Origin: an uncultured Pseudomonadota bacterium
GTDB lineage: Bacteria; Oederibacteriota; Muellerivitia; Muellerivitales; Muellerivitaceae
Assembly: GCA_963836235.1 (NCBI GenBank)
Contig: CAWIIP010000002.1
Location: 64,001-128,000, forward strand
Direction: 5' to 3'
Length of the DNA stretch: 64,000 bases
Shown here: positions 10,353 through 19,560 of the stretch, one piece after another
How the letters are laid out: the number at the start of each line of letters is the position of its first letter
How positions within the stretch are numbered: position 1 is the stretch's first letter
The notes under the pieces: generated by a model
What the model was told of the DNA's origin: nothing
Seen by the model: only the letters and a program-made list of their open reading frames with translations
Databases searched by the model: none
Made by a program: the position numbers and the translations under genes

Positions 10353-11357
10353 ATGCGTAAGAATAATTTTAGGTTTTTTCTTTTTTTGACGATATTTACA
10401 TCGAACGTTTTTGCCGGGCCCAGCCCTATACACTTAACCATTGGCGAATCAAAGTTAATTCATGTCGAATCCGCCAAAAAAGTCGCCATTGGAAACTCTG
10501 CTATCGCAGATGTAACCGCCGTCAGCGACCAAGAAATTTTAATTTCAGCCAAATCAGCCGGAAACACCAATCTTATTTTTATCTCTCCCGATGGTGAAAA
10601 AGAAACCCGTGCCATAACCGTTTCGACTCATAATCTGAAGAAATCCATGGTGGAAGTAGACGTTGAAATCATGGAAATCGAGTCCACAAGTGCGCTTATG
10701 GCTGGTTTAAGCTGGGGTTCAATTTCGGATACTTCTACTACTACCAATATTACACAAAATAACATTTCCATAAGTGAAAACTCCCCTCCACCGCTTGTCG
10801 CTTTCAGTTCACTAACCCGACAAGCCCTTTCAGCGAGTATCCAACTACTGATTAACCGAGGCAAAGCCAAGATTCTTTCAAAACCAAAACTTTTAGCAGT
10901 AAGCGGAGAGGACGCCAGCTTTTTGGCCGGTGGCGAAGTTCCTTATGTCACGCAAAGCCAACTCGGTTCAACGAACGTTCAATGGAAACCTTACGGTGTG
11001 AAACTAAAAGCTCGTCCAACAATCGATGCCGATGGCAATATCGCTGCTAGCCTTCGAGCTGAAGTGAGTGGACTCGATCCTCAAAATGGAGTGTCCACCG
11101 GAAACGGGATTGTCATTCCCGCCTTACGGACCCGTTGGGTAGAAACAACGGTATATATGAAAAGTGGAAGCACATTGGTGATTGCTGGACTCATCGACGA
11201 TGAAAGTCAAAAATTGACTTCTGGAATTCCCTTGTTGAGTGACATACCCATTCTCGGCGAACTTTTCCGATTCACTGATAATACTCACAATGAAACCGAA
11301 CTCGTCATTTTTGTCACAACCTCTTTAGTAGGACAAACAGACGAAGAAGAAAATTAA
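10353..11357 (+). CDS. cpaC: Tad secretin CpaC/RcpA
   Basis: VAIGNSAIADV N-domain; LSKPKL..SGEDASFLAGGEVP; GIPLLSDIPILGELFR..ELVIFVT. Confidence 0.92.
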   Translation: MRKNNFRFFLFLTIFTSNVFAGPSPIHLTIGESKLIHVESAKKVAIGNSAIADVTAVSDQEILISAKSAGNTNLIFISPDGEKETRAITVSTHNLKKSMVEVDVEIMEIESTSALMAGLSWGSISDTSTTTNITQNNISISENSPPPLVAFSSLTRQALSASIQLLINRGKAKILSKPKLLAVSGEDASFLAGGEVPYVTQSQLGSTNVQWKPYGVKLKARPTIDADGNIAASLRAEVSGLDPQNGVSTGNGIVIPALRTRWVETTVYMKSGSTLVIAGLIDDESQKLTSGIPLLSDIPILGELFRFTDNTHNETELVIFVTTSLVGQTDEEEN

Positions 11358-11358
11358 T

Positions 11359-11874
11359 TCATTTTTCTGCTTTAGGCGCCCCCAACACCCCTTCCACTAA
11401 ATCCCCTGCTTTAAGCCCGTTTTGGGTGAACCAACCAGCGTTCATTTCGAGCGCGAATTTGGCGGGCCCATTGGAAGGAAAAGTTTGCTCGGTTTGTGGG
11501 GGCATTTCCAGGGTATTCAGAACGACCCCCTTCTCATCCATAAAAGCGATGCTGAGGGGGATAACGGTGTTTTTCATCCAAAAATAACGTTGCGCCGTGT
11601 CGTCAAAAACAAAAAGCATCCCGTTGTCCCAATCCATGCGCTGACGGAACATTAGACCCGTTTCTCGGGTTGCTTCTTGATTGGCTACCTCCACAAAAAT
11701 CTCGTGCCCATTTAATTTCAGGGAAGAAACGGGCAGATCACTCTTGAGAACATGCCGACAGGAGAAACCAAAAAGAACAACCATCCCAAAGAAGAGAATG
11801 GTTTTCAAAAATGTCCGGTTCAGTTTAAAGCTATTCAATTTTCCATCCTTAACTCTTAACCTAACCAGCACCAA
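11359..11874 (-). CDS. DUF192 family protein, probable lipoprotein (true start probably downstream)
   Basis: VEVA..RETGLMFR..GMLFVF..FWMKNT.IPLSIAF..ALEMNAG; FGFSC lipobox-like motif. Confidence 0.88.
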   Translation of the reverse strand: MVLVRLRVKDGKLNSFKLNRTFLKTILFFGMVVLFGFSCRHVLKSDLPVSSLKLNGHEIFVEVANQEATRETGLMFRQRMDWDNGMLFVFDDTAQRYFWMKNTVIPLSIAFMDEKGVVLNTLEMPPQTEQTFPSNGPAKFALEMNAGWFTQNGLKAGDLVEGVLGAPKAEK

Positions 11875-11958
11875 AAACCTGAAAAAAGCCTTATTTTCAA
11901 GGGCTTTTCGAGTGATTTAAATTGACCTCGCTGATCAACTTACTTTAATATATCCCAT

Positions 11959-13074
11959 ATGAAAAAACTTTGTTTAACTTTTGTTTTCATTTTAATGGCC
12001 CTCCCCTTCCTATCTCAAGAAGCCTTTTCAGCAACTCATAAGAAGAAGAAATCTAAAAAAGTAGTTTTGGCCACAACCCCGACACCCGTGGTTACTCTCG
12101 CGCCAACTCCTGCCCCAGCAATTGTGGAACGAAACCACGGGGTTCCTCGTGAAAAACTATCGGTCGCCTATGGCTATGCTAAAAGCCTCTTTGCCGCAAA
12201 GGATTTTGATAAAGCAAAAGAAATCTTCAAGAAGCTTGTGCTGGTTTCCACCGATTCGGACCTTAACGCCAATTCTCTTTATTTATATTCCCAATGCTCC
12301 TTCCGCACTGAGGATTATGCGGCCTGCGTGAGGGCCCTGACCATCCTGGCGAAGAGGTGGCCCACCACCCCTCTTATCAAAACTGGTTATGTTTCCCACT
12401 TTTGCTCGGCTCTCATCAAAGAAGTCGCTAGCGTCCAGACCAATTGGGATTATTACCGTTTCAAGGAAAGAATAAATGAGGATGGAACCCCCCTTTGGAA
12501 GGAAAGCATCCCGCCAGGCTTCAAGATTAAGCGGATCAATTTCAAGCTAGGTTTCGGCCTTTACCGCGTCTTGAAGATCATCAATCCCGACGCGCCGGAA
12601 GCCCGACTCGCGAAAGCCCAGTTAAATTACATGCTTAACGCTCCCATCACCATGCTTTGGGTGGATGAAAAAGCGCCGTCCAATAAATGGGGTCATCCGG
12701 AGGATTTTGTTTCTTATTTCTCAACGGTGGAGAAAAAGGATTTTTCGAACGTGATATGCGACAGGATGTTCTTCGATTGGAAAACCGAGAAACTTTACCT
12801 GTTCCTGAACATGGATGACGATGTGCGCAACTTGAAGCCTCGCTTCATCGCCATGACCAAGGAAGCAGACGAATCCGAAGCCCCGGCCGCTCCTTCTTCT
12901 GCTGTTCAAGGGGCGCCTCCCGTTCCCGGAGTTAACGCTACCGCCATTCTACCCCAGCAGGATCCAACAGCCGTCTTGACCCTGTCCAAATTGTTTCTTG
13001 TCTCCGGTTATAATCCTTACGACGACAGTTACACGAGCACTATTGAATCCTCACCCACTGACCTGAATCTTTGA
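11959..13074 (+). CDS. Exported TPR-like hypothetical protein
   Basis: Signal peptide, Lys patch, TPTP linker, TPR-like helices (YAKSLFAAKDFDKAKEIF). Confidence 0.75.
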   Translation: MKKLCLTFVFILMALPFLSQEAFSATHKKKKSKKVVLATTPTPVVTLAPTPAPAIVERNHGVPREKLSVAYGYAKSLFAAKDFDKAKEIFKKLVLVSTDSDLNANSLYLYSQCSFRTEDYAACVRALTILAKRWPTTPLIKTGYVSHFCSALIKEVASVQTNWDYYRFKERINEDGTPLWKESIPPGFKIKRINFKLGFGLYRVLKIINPDAPEARLAKAQLNYMLNAPITMLWVDEKAPSNKWGHPEDFVSYFSTVEKKDFSNVICDRMFFDWKTEKLYLFLNMDDDVRNLKPRFIAMTKEADESEAPAAPSSAVQGAPPVPGVNATAILPQQDPTAVLTLSKLFLVSGYNPYDDSYTSTIESSPTDLNL

Positions 13075-13081
13075 GTCACCC

Positions 13082-13459
13082 ATGAATTTCCGTTTGTGCT
13101 TTCTGGCGGCTTTTTTCTTAATTTTCTCAACTGTCTTGGCCGCTGATTTACCTACCGCAACTCCAGACACTTCTTTAACAACATCCGCGACTCCCAAACC
13201 CACTCCCGTCAAACCCAATTATTCCAATAGCCCCAGTACGACAGAAGCCCTTGTGATTCATAAACCCAAACCATCCCCGGCTTGGGGAAAAGTCATTCAA
13301 TACCACCGGGAGCAAGTAACATCCTTGTCCGATAAAGAGCAAGAAACGCTACATCAGTTCGTTTTTCAGGATGATAACGGGATTATTCGAACCGCTATAT
13401 TCCACGAAAACGCTTCAGGCGATGGTTACTGGGAAGTTTGGGTATGGGATCAACCTTAG
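13082..13459 (+). CDS. Small exported hypothetical protein with Thr/Pro linker
   Basis: Signal peptide (..TVLA|AD), PTATP..TPKPTP. Confidence 0.7.
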   Translation: MNFRLCFLAAFFLIFSTVLAADLPTATPDTSLTTSATPKPTPVKPNYSNSPSTTEALVIHKPKPSPAWGKVIQYHREQVTSLSDKEQETLHQFVFQDDNGIIRTAIFHENASGDGYWEVWVWDQP

Positions 13460-15507
13460 AAAGCAAAGGAACGATCACCTCTTTTTTAGGTGCCAAAGGC
13501 GGCGTTGGTTGCTCTATTCTGACATCTCTCTTGGGTCGGATCATAGCCAAGAAAATTCCTAAAAAAATCGCCGTTATTGATGCGGCCCCTTCCCGCCATT
13601 CCCTGCTTCCATCCTACTTATCCATTCTATCTTCTAGTCATTGTTTAACCCAACTTCAACCCTACCAAGACCAAATTTCTCCAAACATGATTGAAAACTT
13701 TTTTTCCTTCTCTCCCGAAGGAGCGGCTTATGTTCCGATCAAATCAAACGATGAAATCCAGGTTTCTTTTTCCGATCTTTCTTTGCTGCTTCAAAAACTC
13801 GGTCAATGGTTTTCAGAAATTTTCATTGATCTCTCGTCTTTTCCAAACGACCAATATTTTTCTTTTCTCGAAAAAAGCGATAGGGTCTTCTTCATTTCCT
13901 CTCTAGAGCCAACTTCTCTCGCCGCTTTGAAACATTGGGAAAAACGTTTATTGCCTTTTCACTTTCAATTTCAAAGTCTTGGAATCATTTTCAACCAAGA
14001 AAATATCAGTCACTCAGTTCCAAAAGACATTTCCAATTGGGCAAAAAATTTTAGCCATACCGGGAATATTCCATTTTTGGGGGGAAATTTATCCATAGAT
14101 TTACTTGAAAACAAGGAATTAACAACCTTCTTGGAAAAAACCTTGTTTCCAATATCGGAAAAAATATTGGCCTCACAACAATTCATTCATGCGTTCAACC
14201 CTATTGGAACCAACCCCTCACTCAATGAAAACATTGAATCCGATTCCTGCCCTATCTCTTTAGAACAAATCCACCAACTCCATCAAAAATTACTGGATCA
14301 GTTAAGAAAATCTGGAGCCATGAAAAATCAAAAAAATGGTGAAATTTTACAACGACAGGCATTAGAACCCAACGCACGTGAAATTTTGGATCAGCTTATT
14401 CAGGAAATGGAAATTCAAAACAGAGAAACTCGCCAAAAACTTGTCACCGAAACTCTCAATCTCGCTTTTGGACTTGGCCCTTTGGAACCTCTCCTTCAGA
14501 ACGAGGAAGTTACCGAAATAATGGTCAATGGCCCCCAACAGATTTATATAGAAAAAAAAGGGATGTTAGAAAAAACAAATCTTCATTTCCTTGACGATCA
14601 ACAATTAAGAACCGTTATCGAAAGAATATTGGCGCCCATTGGCCGCCGAATCGATGAAAGCCAACCCTATGTCGATGGCCGTTTATTGGACGGTTCACGA
14701 ATAAACGCAATTATCCCGCCCTTAAGCTTAAACGGCCCAATTTTAACAATTCGTAAATTTTCAAAAAGAAAACTAAAAGTGGAGGATCTTGTAAATTTAG
14801 GTTCCCTGACCTCGGAAGCGGCGGATTTTCTCGGAGCATGTGTAAGAGCAAAAAAGAACATCGTCGTATCGGGCGGAACAGGATCCGGCAAGACTACCTT
14901 GCTAAACATACTTTCAAACTTCATTCCAGCCAATGAACGTATCGTCACCATCGAAGATTCAGCTGAATTACAGCTTTCACAAGATCACGTCGTCCGCTTG
15001 GAAAGTCGTCCCTCAAATCTGGAAGGAAAAGGACAGGTGGCTATTCGGGATTTGGTAATCAATGCCCTTCGAATGCGGCCCGACCGGATTGTGGTGGGCG
15101 AATGCCGCGGCGGCGAATCACTCGATATGCTTCAAGCCATGAATACCGGTCACGACGGATCATTAACTACGGCTCACGCCAATTCGCCAAGAGATGTTCT
15201 TTCACGCCTTGAAACAATGTGTCTTTTTACCGGCCTCGATCTTCCTTTAAAAGCCATTCGCGAGCAAATCGCAAGGGCTGTTCACCTTGTCGTTCAACAA
15301 AACCGCCTGCCCAACGGTAAAAGATCTGTGACTCAAATTTCACAAATTCAAGGTATGGAAGGAGATGTCATCATCACCCAGGATGTATTTAAATTTGAGG
15401 AAGGCAAAGGACTTATTCGCCTTCCTTTCACACCATTATTTATCGAAGATTTAAATTCAGTGGGATATCAATGGCCAGGGCATAAAGAAAAAAATCATAA
15501 TATTTAA
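13444..15507 (+). CDS. cpaF: CpaE/TadZ-CpaF/TadA fusion ATPase
   Basis: N-terminal deviant Walker A (GAKGGVGCS); C-terminal [37 protein letters not shown]; no internal stop. Start ATG 13444 or TTG 13438. Confidence 0.9.
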   Translation: MGSTLESKGTITSFLGAKGGVGCSILTSLLGRIIAKKIPKKIAVIDAAPSRHSLLPSYLSILSSSHCLTQLQPYQDQISPNMIENFFSFSPEGAAYVPIKSNDEIQVSFSDLSLLLQKLGQWFSEIFIDLSSFPNDQYFSFLEKSDRVFFISSLEPTSLAALKHWEKRLLPFHFQFQSLGIIFNQENISHSVPKDISNWAKNFSHTGNIPFLGGNLSIDLLENKELTTFLEKTLFPISEKILASQQFIHAFNPIGTNPSLNENIESDSCPISLEQIHQLHQKLLDQLRKSGAMKNQKNGEILQRQALEPNAREILDQLIQEMEIQNRETRQKLVTETLNLAFGLGPLEPLLQNEEVTEIMVNGPQQIYIEKKGMLEKTNLHFLDDQQLRTVIERILAPIGRRIDESQPYVDGRLLDGSRINAIIPPLSLNGPILTIRKFSKRKLKVEDLVNLGSLTSEAADFLGACVRAKKNIVVSGGTGSGKTTLLNILSNFIPANERIVTIEDSAELQLSQDHVVRLESRPSNLEGKGQVAIRDLVINALRMRPDRIVVGECRGGESLDMLQAMNTGHDGSLTTAHANSPRDVLSRLETMCLFTGLDLPLKAIREQIARAVHLVVQQNRLPNGKRSVTQISQIQGMEGDVIITQDVFKFEEGKGLIRLPFTPLFIEDLNSVGYQWPGHKEKNHNI

Positions 15508-15965
15508 TTTTTCGAGAGTACTTTCTTTTGCATATCTTTTTCTAAAGTCGTCAGCGGAGCGGGCTGGTAACTGCTGTCCCCCACGGGTGTGATTTGCGCC
15601 ACCTCATCTTTGTATTTTTGGAAATCAGGACGTAAAGTCCGAACATCCGCGTCCAAGGGGCCCTCAGGCGGTATCCAATCCCCTATATAAGCCCTGCAGA
15701 TAAATTCCTTTTCCGCCGCCCAATCCACCCAATGGGTATGGGGTAAATAATAGAACTCCTGGACTTCCTGGTAATCCCACATCGCTTCTTTATATTTCTT
15801 GTCGGCAAAATGGGCTTCGCCCCTCTCATAAGCCGCATGGGCACGCCGGACGACTTCCAAGTTCGCCATCCCATACATGATTAAAAGAGTGGCAAAGATT
15901 AAACCCGCGGTTTTAAACCCGTCTCGTTTAAAAAAGGGGCGTTTTTCATTTTCAGTAACGGTCAA
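15504..15965 (-). CDS. Membrane-anchored TPR-like hypothetical protein
   Basis: TM helix then AYERGEAHFADKKYKEA; GGAGG RBS; follows pheS. Confidence 0.7.
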   Translation of the reverse strand: MTVTENEKRPFFKRDGFKTAGLIFATLLIMYGMANLEVVRRAHAAYERGEAHFADKKYKEAMWDYQEVQEFYYLPHTHWVDWAAEKEFICRAYIGDWIPPEGPLDADVRTLRPDFQKYKDEVAQITPVGDSSYQPAPLTTLEKDMQKKVLSKN

Positions 15966-15979
15966 GAGAAAACCTCCAT

Positions 15980-17026
15980 TTAAAATTGCTTTAGGAACCT
16001 TAGGTCGTTCTGATAAAAAAGGCGAACATCGTCGATATCATACTTGAACATAGCGATACGCTCCACACCCATTCCAAAGGCAAATCCGCTCCATTTTTCA
16101 GAATCGATACCGCAATTATTAAAAACCGCCGGGTCGATCATTCCACACCCCATCATTTCGACCCACCCCGATTGCTTACAGATTCGGCAGCCTTTCCCAT
16201 CGCAAAAAACACAGGAAATATCCATTTCAGCGCTCGGCTCAGTAAAGGGAAAAAAGCTCGGGCGAAAACGGGTTTTAATTTTGGACCCAAAAAGCTTTTT
16301 AATAAAGACATCCAGTATCCCTTTCAAATTCCCGAAATGAATCCCTTGATCGACAAGAAATCCCTCCACTTGGTGAAAAATATGATGGTGGGTCGCGTCA
16401 ATGGCCTCATTCCGGTAAACCCTTCCCGGGGCGATGACTTTATAGGGAGGTTTTAATTGCTCCATTACCCGAATTTGGATGGGAGAAGTGTGGGTTCGCA
16501 TCAAGATGTCCTTTTGCAAATAAAAGGTATCTTGGGCGTCCCTGGCCGGATGATCCGGAGGAAAATTCAGAGCCAGGAAATTATAATAATCCGTTTCCAC
16601 ATCCGGACCCTCAACCAGATCAAAACCAAAGCTCTTGAAAATATCGCAAATCTCTTTATGAACGGCAGTGATAGGATGGGACTTTCCAAGTGGAATTTTC
16701 CTGCCGGGTAAGGTGGGATCCCATTCCGGCGATACCGATGAAGTGTTTTGGCTTTCAAGTTCTTCCTTTTTCTTGTCGATTAAGGAAGTAAGGCTACTTT
16801 TAATTTCATTCCCTACTTTGCCAACTCCAGGACGAATATTAGGATTAAGCATGCTTAATTGTTTAAGATAATCGGTAATATCACCATTTTTCCCAAGGTA
16901 AAAAACACGAATTTCTTCCAGCACATTGATAGCTTTTGCTTCAGTGATCTTATTTTTGGCCTCTTGTTCAAGCACACGAAGGTCAAGAACGACGGGAATA
17001 TTTTCAATGGTTTCGTCGTTAATCAC
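15980..17026 (-). CDS. pheS: Phenylalanine--tRNA ligase alpha subunit
   Basis: HPARDAQDTFY, RTHTSP, FHQVEG, FRPSFFPFTEPS, GFAFGMGVER. Confidence 0.98.
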   Translation of the reverse strand: MINDETIENIPVVLDLRVLEQEAKNKITEAKAINVLEEIRVFYLGKNGDITDYLKQLSMLNPNIRPGVGKVGNEIKSSLTSLIDKKKEELESQNTSSVSPEWDPTLPGRKIPLGKSHPITAVHKEICDIFKSFGFDLVEGPDVETDYYNFLALNFPPDHPARDAQDTFYLQKDILMRTHTSPIQIRVMEQLKPPYKVIAPGRVYRNEAIDATHHHIFHQVEGFLVDQGIHFGNLKGILDVFIKKLFGSKIKTRFRPSFFPFTEPSAEMDISCVFCDGKGCRICKQSGWVEMMGCGMIDPAVFNNCGIDSEKWSGFAFGMGVERIAMFKYDIDDVRLFYQNDLRFLKQF

Positions 17027-17110
17027 ACAAAACCTCTTTATTGAATAGATATACGGCGAACACGAATGAATATTATTTAGTTTTCAAGAAAAAATTGCAC
17101 TAAGAAAAAA

Positions 17111-17269
17111 TCAGGAAGGCAAATCCAACGGAACCAGCTTTTCAACAGCTTCAATCTTTTTAGAGTAGCGCAAATAATCCTTAACGGAGCCGGTTTTCTC
17201 AAAACGCTCCCACAAAAATTCCGGGTTTTCAGGGAAAGATGTTCGAGATTCGGTTTGGCTTTTTTCCAT
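17111..17269 (-). CDS. 52-aa YqzL-like small protein (below ORF-track cutoff)
   Basis: MEKSQTESRTSFPENPEFLWERFEKTGSVKDYLRYSKKIEAVEKLVPLDLPS; W..F..TG....YL pattern recalled for YqzL. Confidence 0.65.
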   Translation of the reverse strand: MEKSQTESRTSFPENPEFLWERFEKTGSVKDYLRYSKKIEAVEKLVPLDLPS

Positions 17270-17300
17270 GATTTACACTGCTCTTTTTCAGGATTTTTGA

Positions 17301-17329
17301 AGTGTATCACCGCCTTAATGGAGAGTCAA
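17301..17329 (-). promoter_or_regulatory. Sigma70-type promoter for the yqzL-like gene and pheS
   Basis: TTGACT-17-TACACT with extended TG. Confidence 0.6.
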
Positions 17330-18144
17330 GAAACCGGGTGCTGAAAGCTAGACCAGAACAACGCAAGACTGGCTGCCACCGCCACATTGAGGGATTCTAC
17401 CTTTCCGCCCATGGGAATGCTCGTCCGTTCATCGCAAGATTCCGTCAATTCATCAGGCAAACCCAACCCTTCCGAGCCAACCCAAAATGCCAAGGGTGTC
17501 GGAAGTTTTACTTCCGGTAAGGTTCGATTTCCCCCTAGGGTCAAGGCGATGGAATGAATATTTTTTTCTTTGAACCAAGCTTGATAGGTTTCCCATTTTT
17601 CGTTTTGGACCAAAGGTACCCGAAACAAGGAACCCATAGAGGCTCTTACCACCTTCGGATTGAAGGGATCACAACAACCCTCGGTCAAAAACAATCCTTG
17701 TACGCCAAAAGCCTCGGCAGATCTAAAGATAGTTCCCATATTACCTGCGTCTTGAATTTGATAAAGTCCCAGGATACGGGTAAAGGGTGGTCCAGGCCAA
17801 ACCGGATCTATCTTTTGGGCAACCGCCAGGATTCCTTGTGGAGTGACTGTATCTGAAATATAGACAATAATTTTAGAAGGAACTTCAAAACATTTAATTT
17901 TTTCTCGATGGGCCGCCACATAAAGTCTTTCCCCTTCAGGGCATCTCCAGGCTTCAGCAGTTCCGAAAATAAAGCGAAGGCGCAGGCCGCTTTTGAGGGC
18001 TTCTTCCACTAAATGAAACCCCTCGCACAAAAAGTCATCACTCTGTTTTGATTTCTTGGGAATCTTTAGTGAATAAGCATGCTTCACCATTGAATTTTGA
18101 ACGCTTTGGATGGAAGGCAAGGAGGGCATTGACTTTTCCCACAA
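17326..18144 (-). CDS. TrmH/SpoU family RNA methyltransferase (start may be ATG 18129)
   Basis: QDAGNMGTIFRSAEAFG, VVRASMGS, GSEGLGL, VESLNVAVAA. Confidence 0.93.
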   Translation of the reverse strand: MWEKSMPSLPSIQSVQNSMVKHAYSLKIPKKSKQSDDFLCEGFHLVEEALKSGLRLRFIFGTAEAWRCPEGERLYVAAHREKIKCFEVPSKIIVYISDTVTPQGILAVAQKIDPVWPGPPFTRILGLYQIQDAGNMGTIFRSAEAFGVQGLFLTEGCCDPFNPKVVRASMGSLFRVPLVQNEKWETYQAWFKEKNIHSIALTLGGNRTLPEVKLPTPLAFWVGSEGLGLPDELTESCDERTSIPMGGKVESLNVAVAASLALFWSSFQHPVS

Positions 18145-18207
18145 TCATAAAAAAACACCCTTCAAGAATCGTAACATCGAAGGGTGTTTGGTTTGAAAAA
18201 CCTAATT

Positions 18208-18567
18208 TTAAGAAACTTTCGCCTTTTTAGACTCTTCGACCAATTGAGTGAAAGCCTTGGGATCGCTCAGGGCCAGATCCGCCAATACTTTACGGTCCAA
18301 ATCAATCGAAGCCAACTTCAAGCCCCGAATAAAGGTGCTATAGGACATGCCATACTCACGGACGGCTGCGTTAATACGGGTGATCCAAAGCCGACGGAAC
18401 TCCCGCTTGCGAGCCTTGCGATCGCGGAAAGCGTAATTTCCAGATCTTTTGCTAGCTTCCCGAACCGTTCTGTATTGACGGCTCTTTGCCCCAAAATAAC
18501 CTTTGGTGAGTTTGAAAAACTTCTTCTTTCGTTTTCGTTTTGCGACAGCCCTTTTTATTCTTGCCAT
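18208..18567 (-). CDS. rplT: 50S ribosomal protein L20
   Basis: [35 protein letters not shown]. Confidence 0.98.
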   Translation of the reverse strand: MARIKRAVAKRKRKKKFFKLTKGYFGAKSRQYRTVREASKRSGNYAFRDRKARKREFRRLWITRINAAVREYGMSYSTFIRGLKLASIDLDRKVLADLALSDPKAFTQLVEESKKAKVS

Positions 18568-18579
18568 CTTTCTCTCCCC

Positions 18580-18780
18580 TTACAACCGAATCATTTTTTT
18601 AATCTTGACGGCCGCAGTATTGCTAAGAACCGGCTGCCGTTTTAATTGTCTCTTTTTTTTCGAAGACTTATGGGCCAGCAAATGACCCCTTCCTTGGTTT
18701 TTCTTGACCATCACTTTACCGGTTCCGGTGATTTTGAATCTTTTCATGATGCTCTTTTTAGACTTCGGACCTTTACCCAT
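18580..18780 (-). CDS. rpmI: 50S ribosomal protein L35
   Basis: KRFKITGTGKV..HLLAHKSSKKKRQL; between infC and rplT. Confidence 0.96.
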   Translation of the reverse strand: MGKGPKSKKSIMKRFKITGTGKVMVKKNQGRGHLLAHKSSKKKRQLKRQPVLSNTAAVKIKKMIRL

Positions 18781-19345
18781 TTTTCTCTTCCGTTTCCGTT
18801 AAATCTTCTTTAACTAAGGCCTTATGTGGCACAATCTTGGAATTAAAAACAGCCACAATCTGCATTCCTTCATCCTTCGGTGGAGCTTCTAATTCGGCAA
18901 ATTCGCTCATATCGGAGACAATTCGGTCCATTAACTGCCGACCCAAATCCTTGTGACTCATTTCCCTTCCACGGAATTGCAAGGCAACTTTCACCTTATC
19001 CCCGTGGTCGCAAAAATTCCAAGCCATACGCAACTTCGTCTGATAATCGTGCTCATCAATCTTCGGGCGGATTTTGAGTTCTTTAACCTTTATAACTCTT
19101 TGTTTTTTTGAGGCTTCTTTCTCTTTTTTTCGCTGTGCGTATCTGAATTTTCCATAATTCAAGATACGACAAACAGGAGGAACGCCTTCGGGCGCAACTT
19201 CCACCAAATCAAGGTTTCTTGCGCGGGCAGTGGCAAGAGCATTACTGATATCGACAATTCCAAGCTGTTCACCCGCATCGCCCACTAGGCGAACCTGTCG
19301 GGCACGAATTTGATGATTGATCCTTAATTCTTTTGACGAAGAAAT
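18773..19345 (-). CDS. infC: Translation initiation factor IF-3 with ATT start codon
   Basis: GGAGGT-N8-ATT at 19345 adds ISSSKELRINHQIRARQVRL in frame; DLVEVAP..PPVCRI, KIDEHD, FRGRE. Confidence 0.96.
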   Translation of the reverse strand: MSSSKELRINHQIRARQVRLVGDAGEQLGIVDISNALATARARNLDLVEVAPEGVPPVCRILNYGKFRYAQRKKEKEASKKQRVIKVKELKIRPKIDEHDYQTKLRMAWNFCDHGDKVKVALQFRGREMSHKDLGRQLMDRIVSDMSEFAELEAPPKDEGMQIVAVFNSKIVPHKALVKEDLTETEEKNG

Positions 19346-19371
19346 GTGTAGTTACCTCCAAAAAGATTGAT

Positions 19372-19506
19372 AAAAAAAAAGACCGACTTCGCAAGGCGAA
19401 ATCCGTCTTAAAAATGAAAATATCCAAGACATCTATGAAGCTGGATACTATCAAAACCCGTTCGCGCCTAAAAGGGCTTAAGGTGAGGGACGGAGGCCCC
19501 TGCTTG
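19372..19506 (-). ncRNA. Ribosomal protein L20 leader-like attenuator
   Basis: AAGCAGGGGCCTCCGTCCCTCACCT resembles the Bacillus-type L20-leader core as recalled; ends in hairpin AAGACGGATTTCGC-CTT-GCGAAGTCGGTCTT plus T-run just before infC. Confidence 0.65.
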
Positions 19507-19514
19507 AGGGTGAG

Positions 19515-19543
19515 ATATTAGCCTTGTGGATTTTTTTTGTCAA
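19515..19543 (-). promoter_or_regulatory. Sigma70 promoter of infC-rpmI-rplT
   Basis: TTGACA-17-TAATAT. Confidence 0.75.
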
Positions 19544-19560
19544 AGGATTTTTAGCCAAAA

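Noticed and set aside
17027-17325. T-box leader upstream of pheS
   Set aside because: No GGTGG.ACC T-box sequence; the gap is explained by the YqzL-like ORF
18184-18645. 153-aa plus-strand ORF
   Set aside because: Antisense to rplT/rpmI
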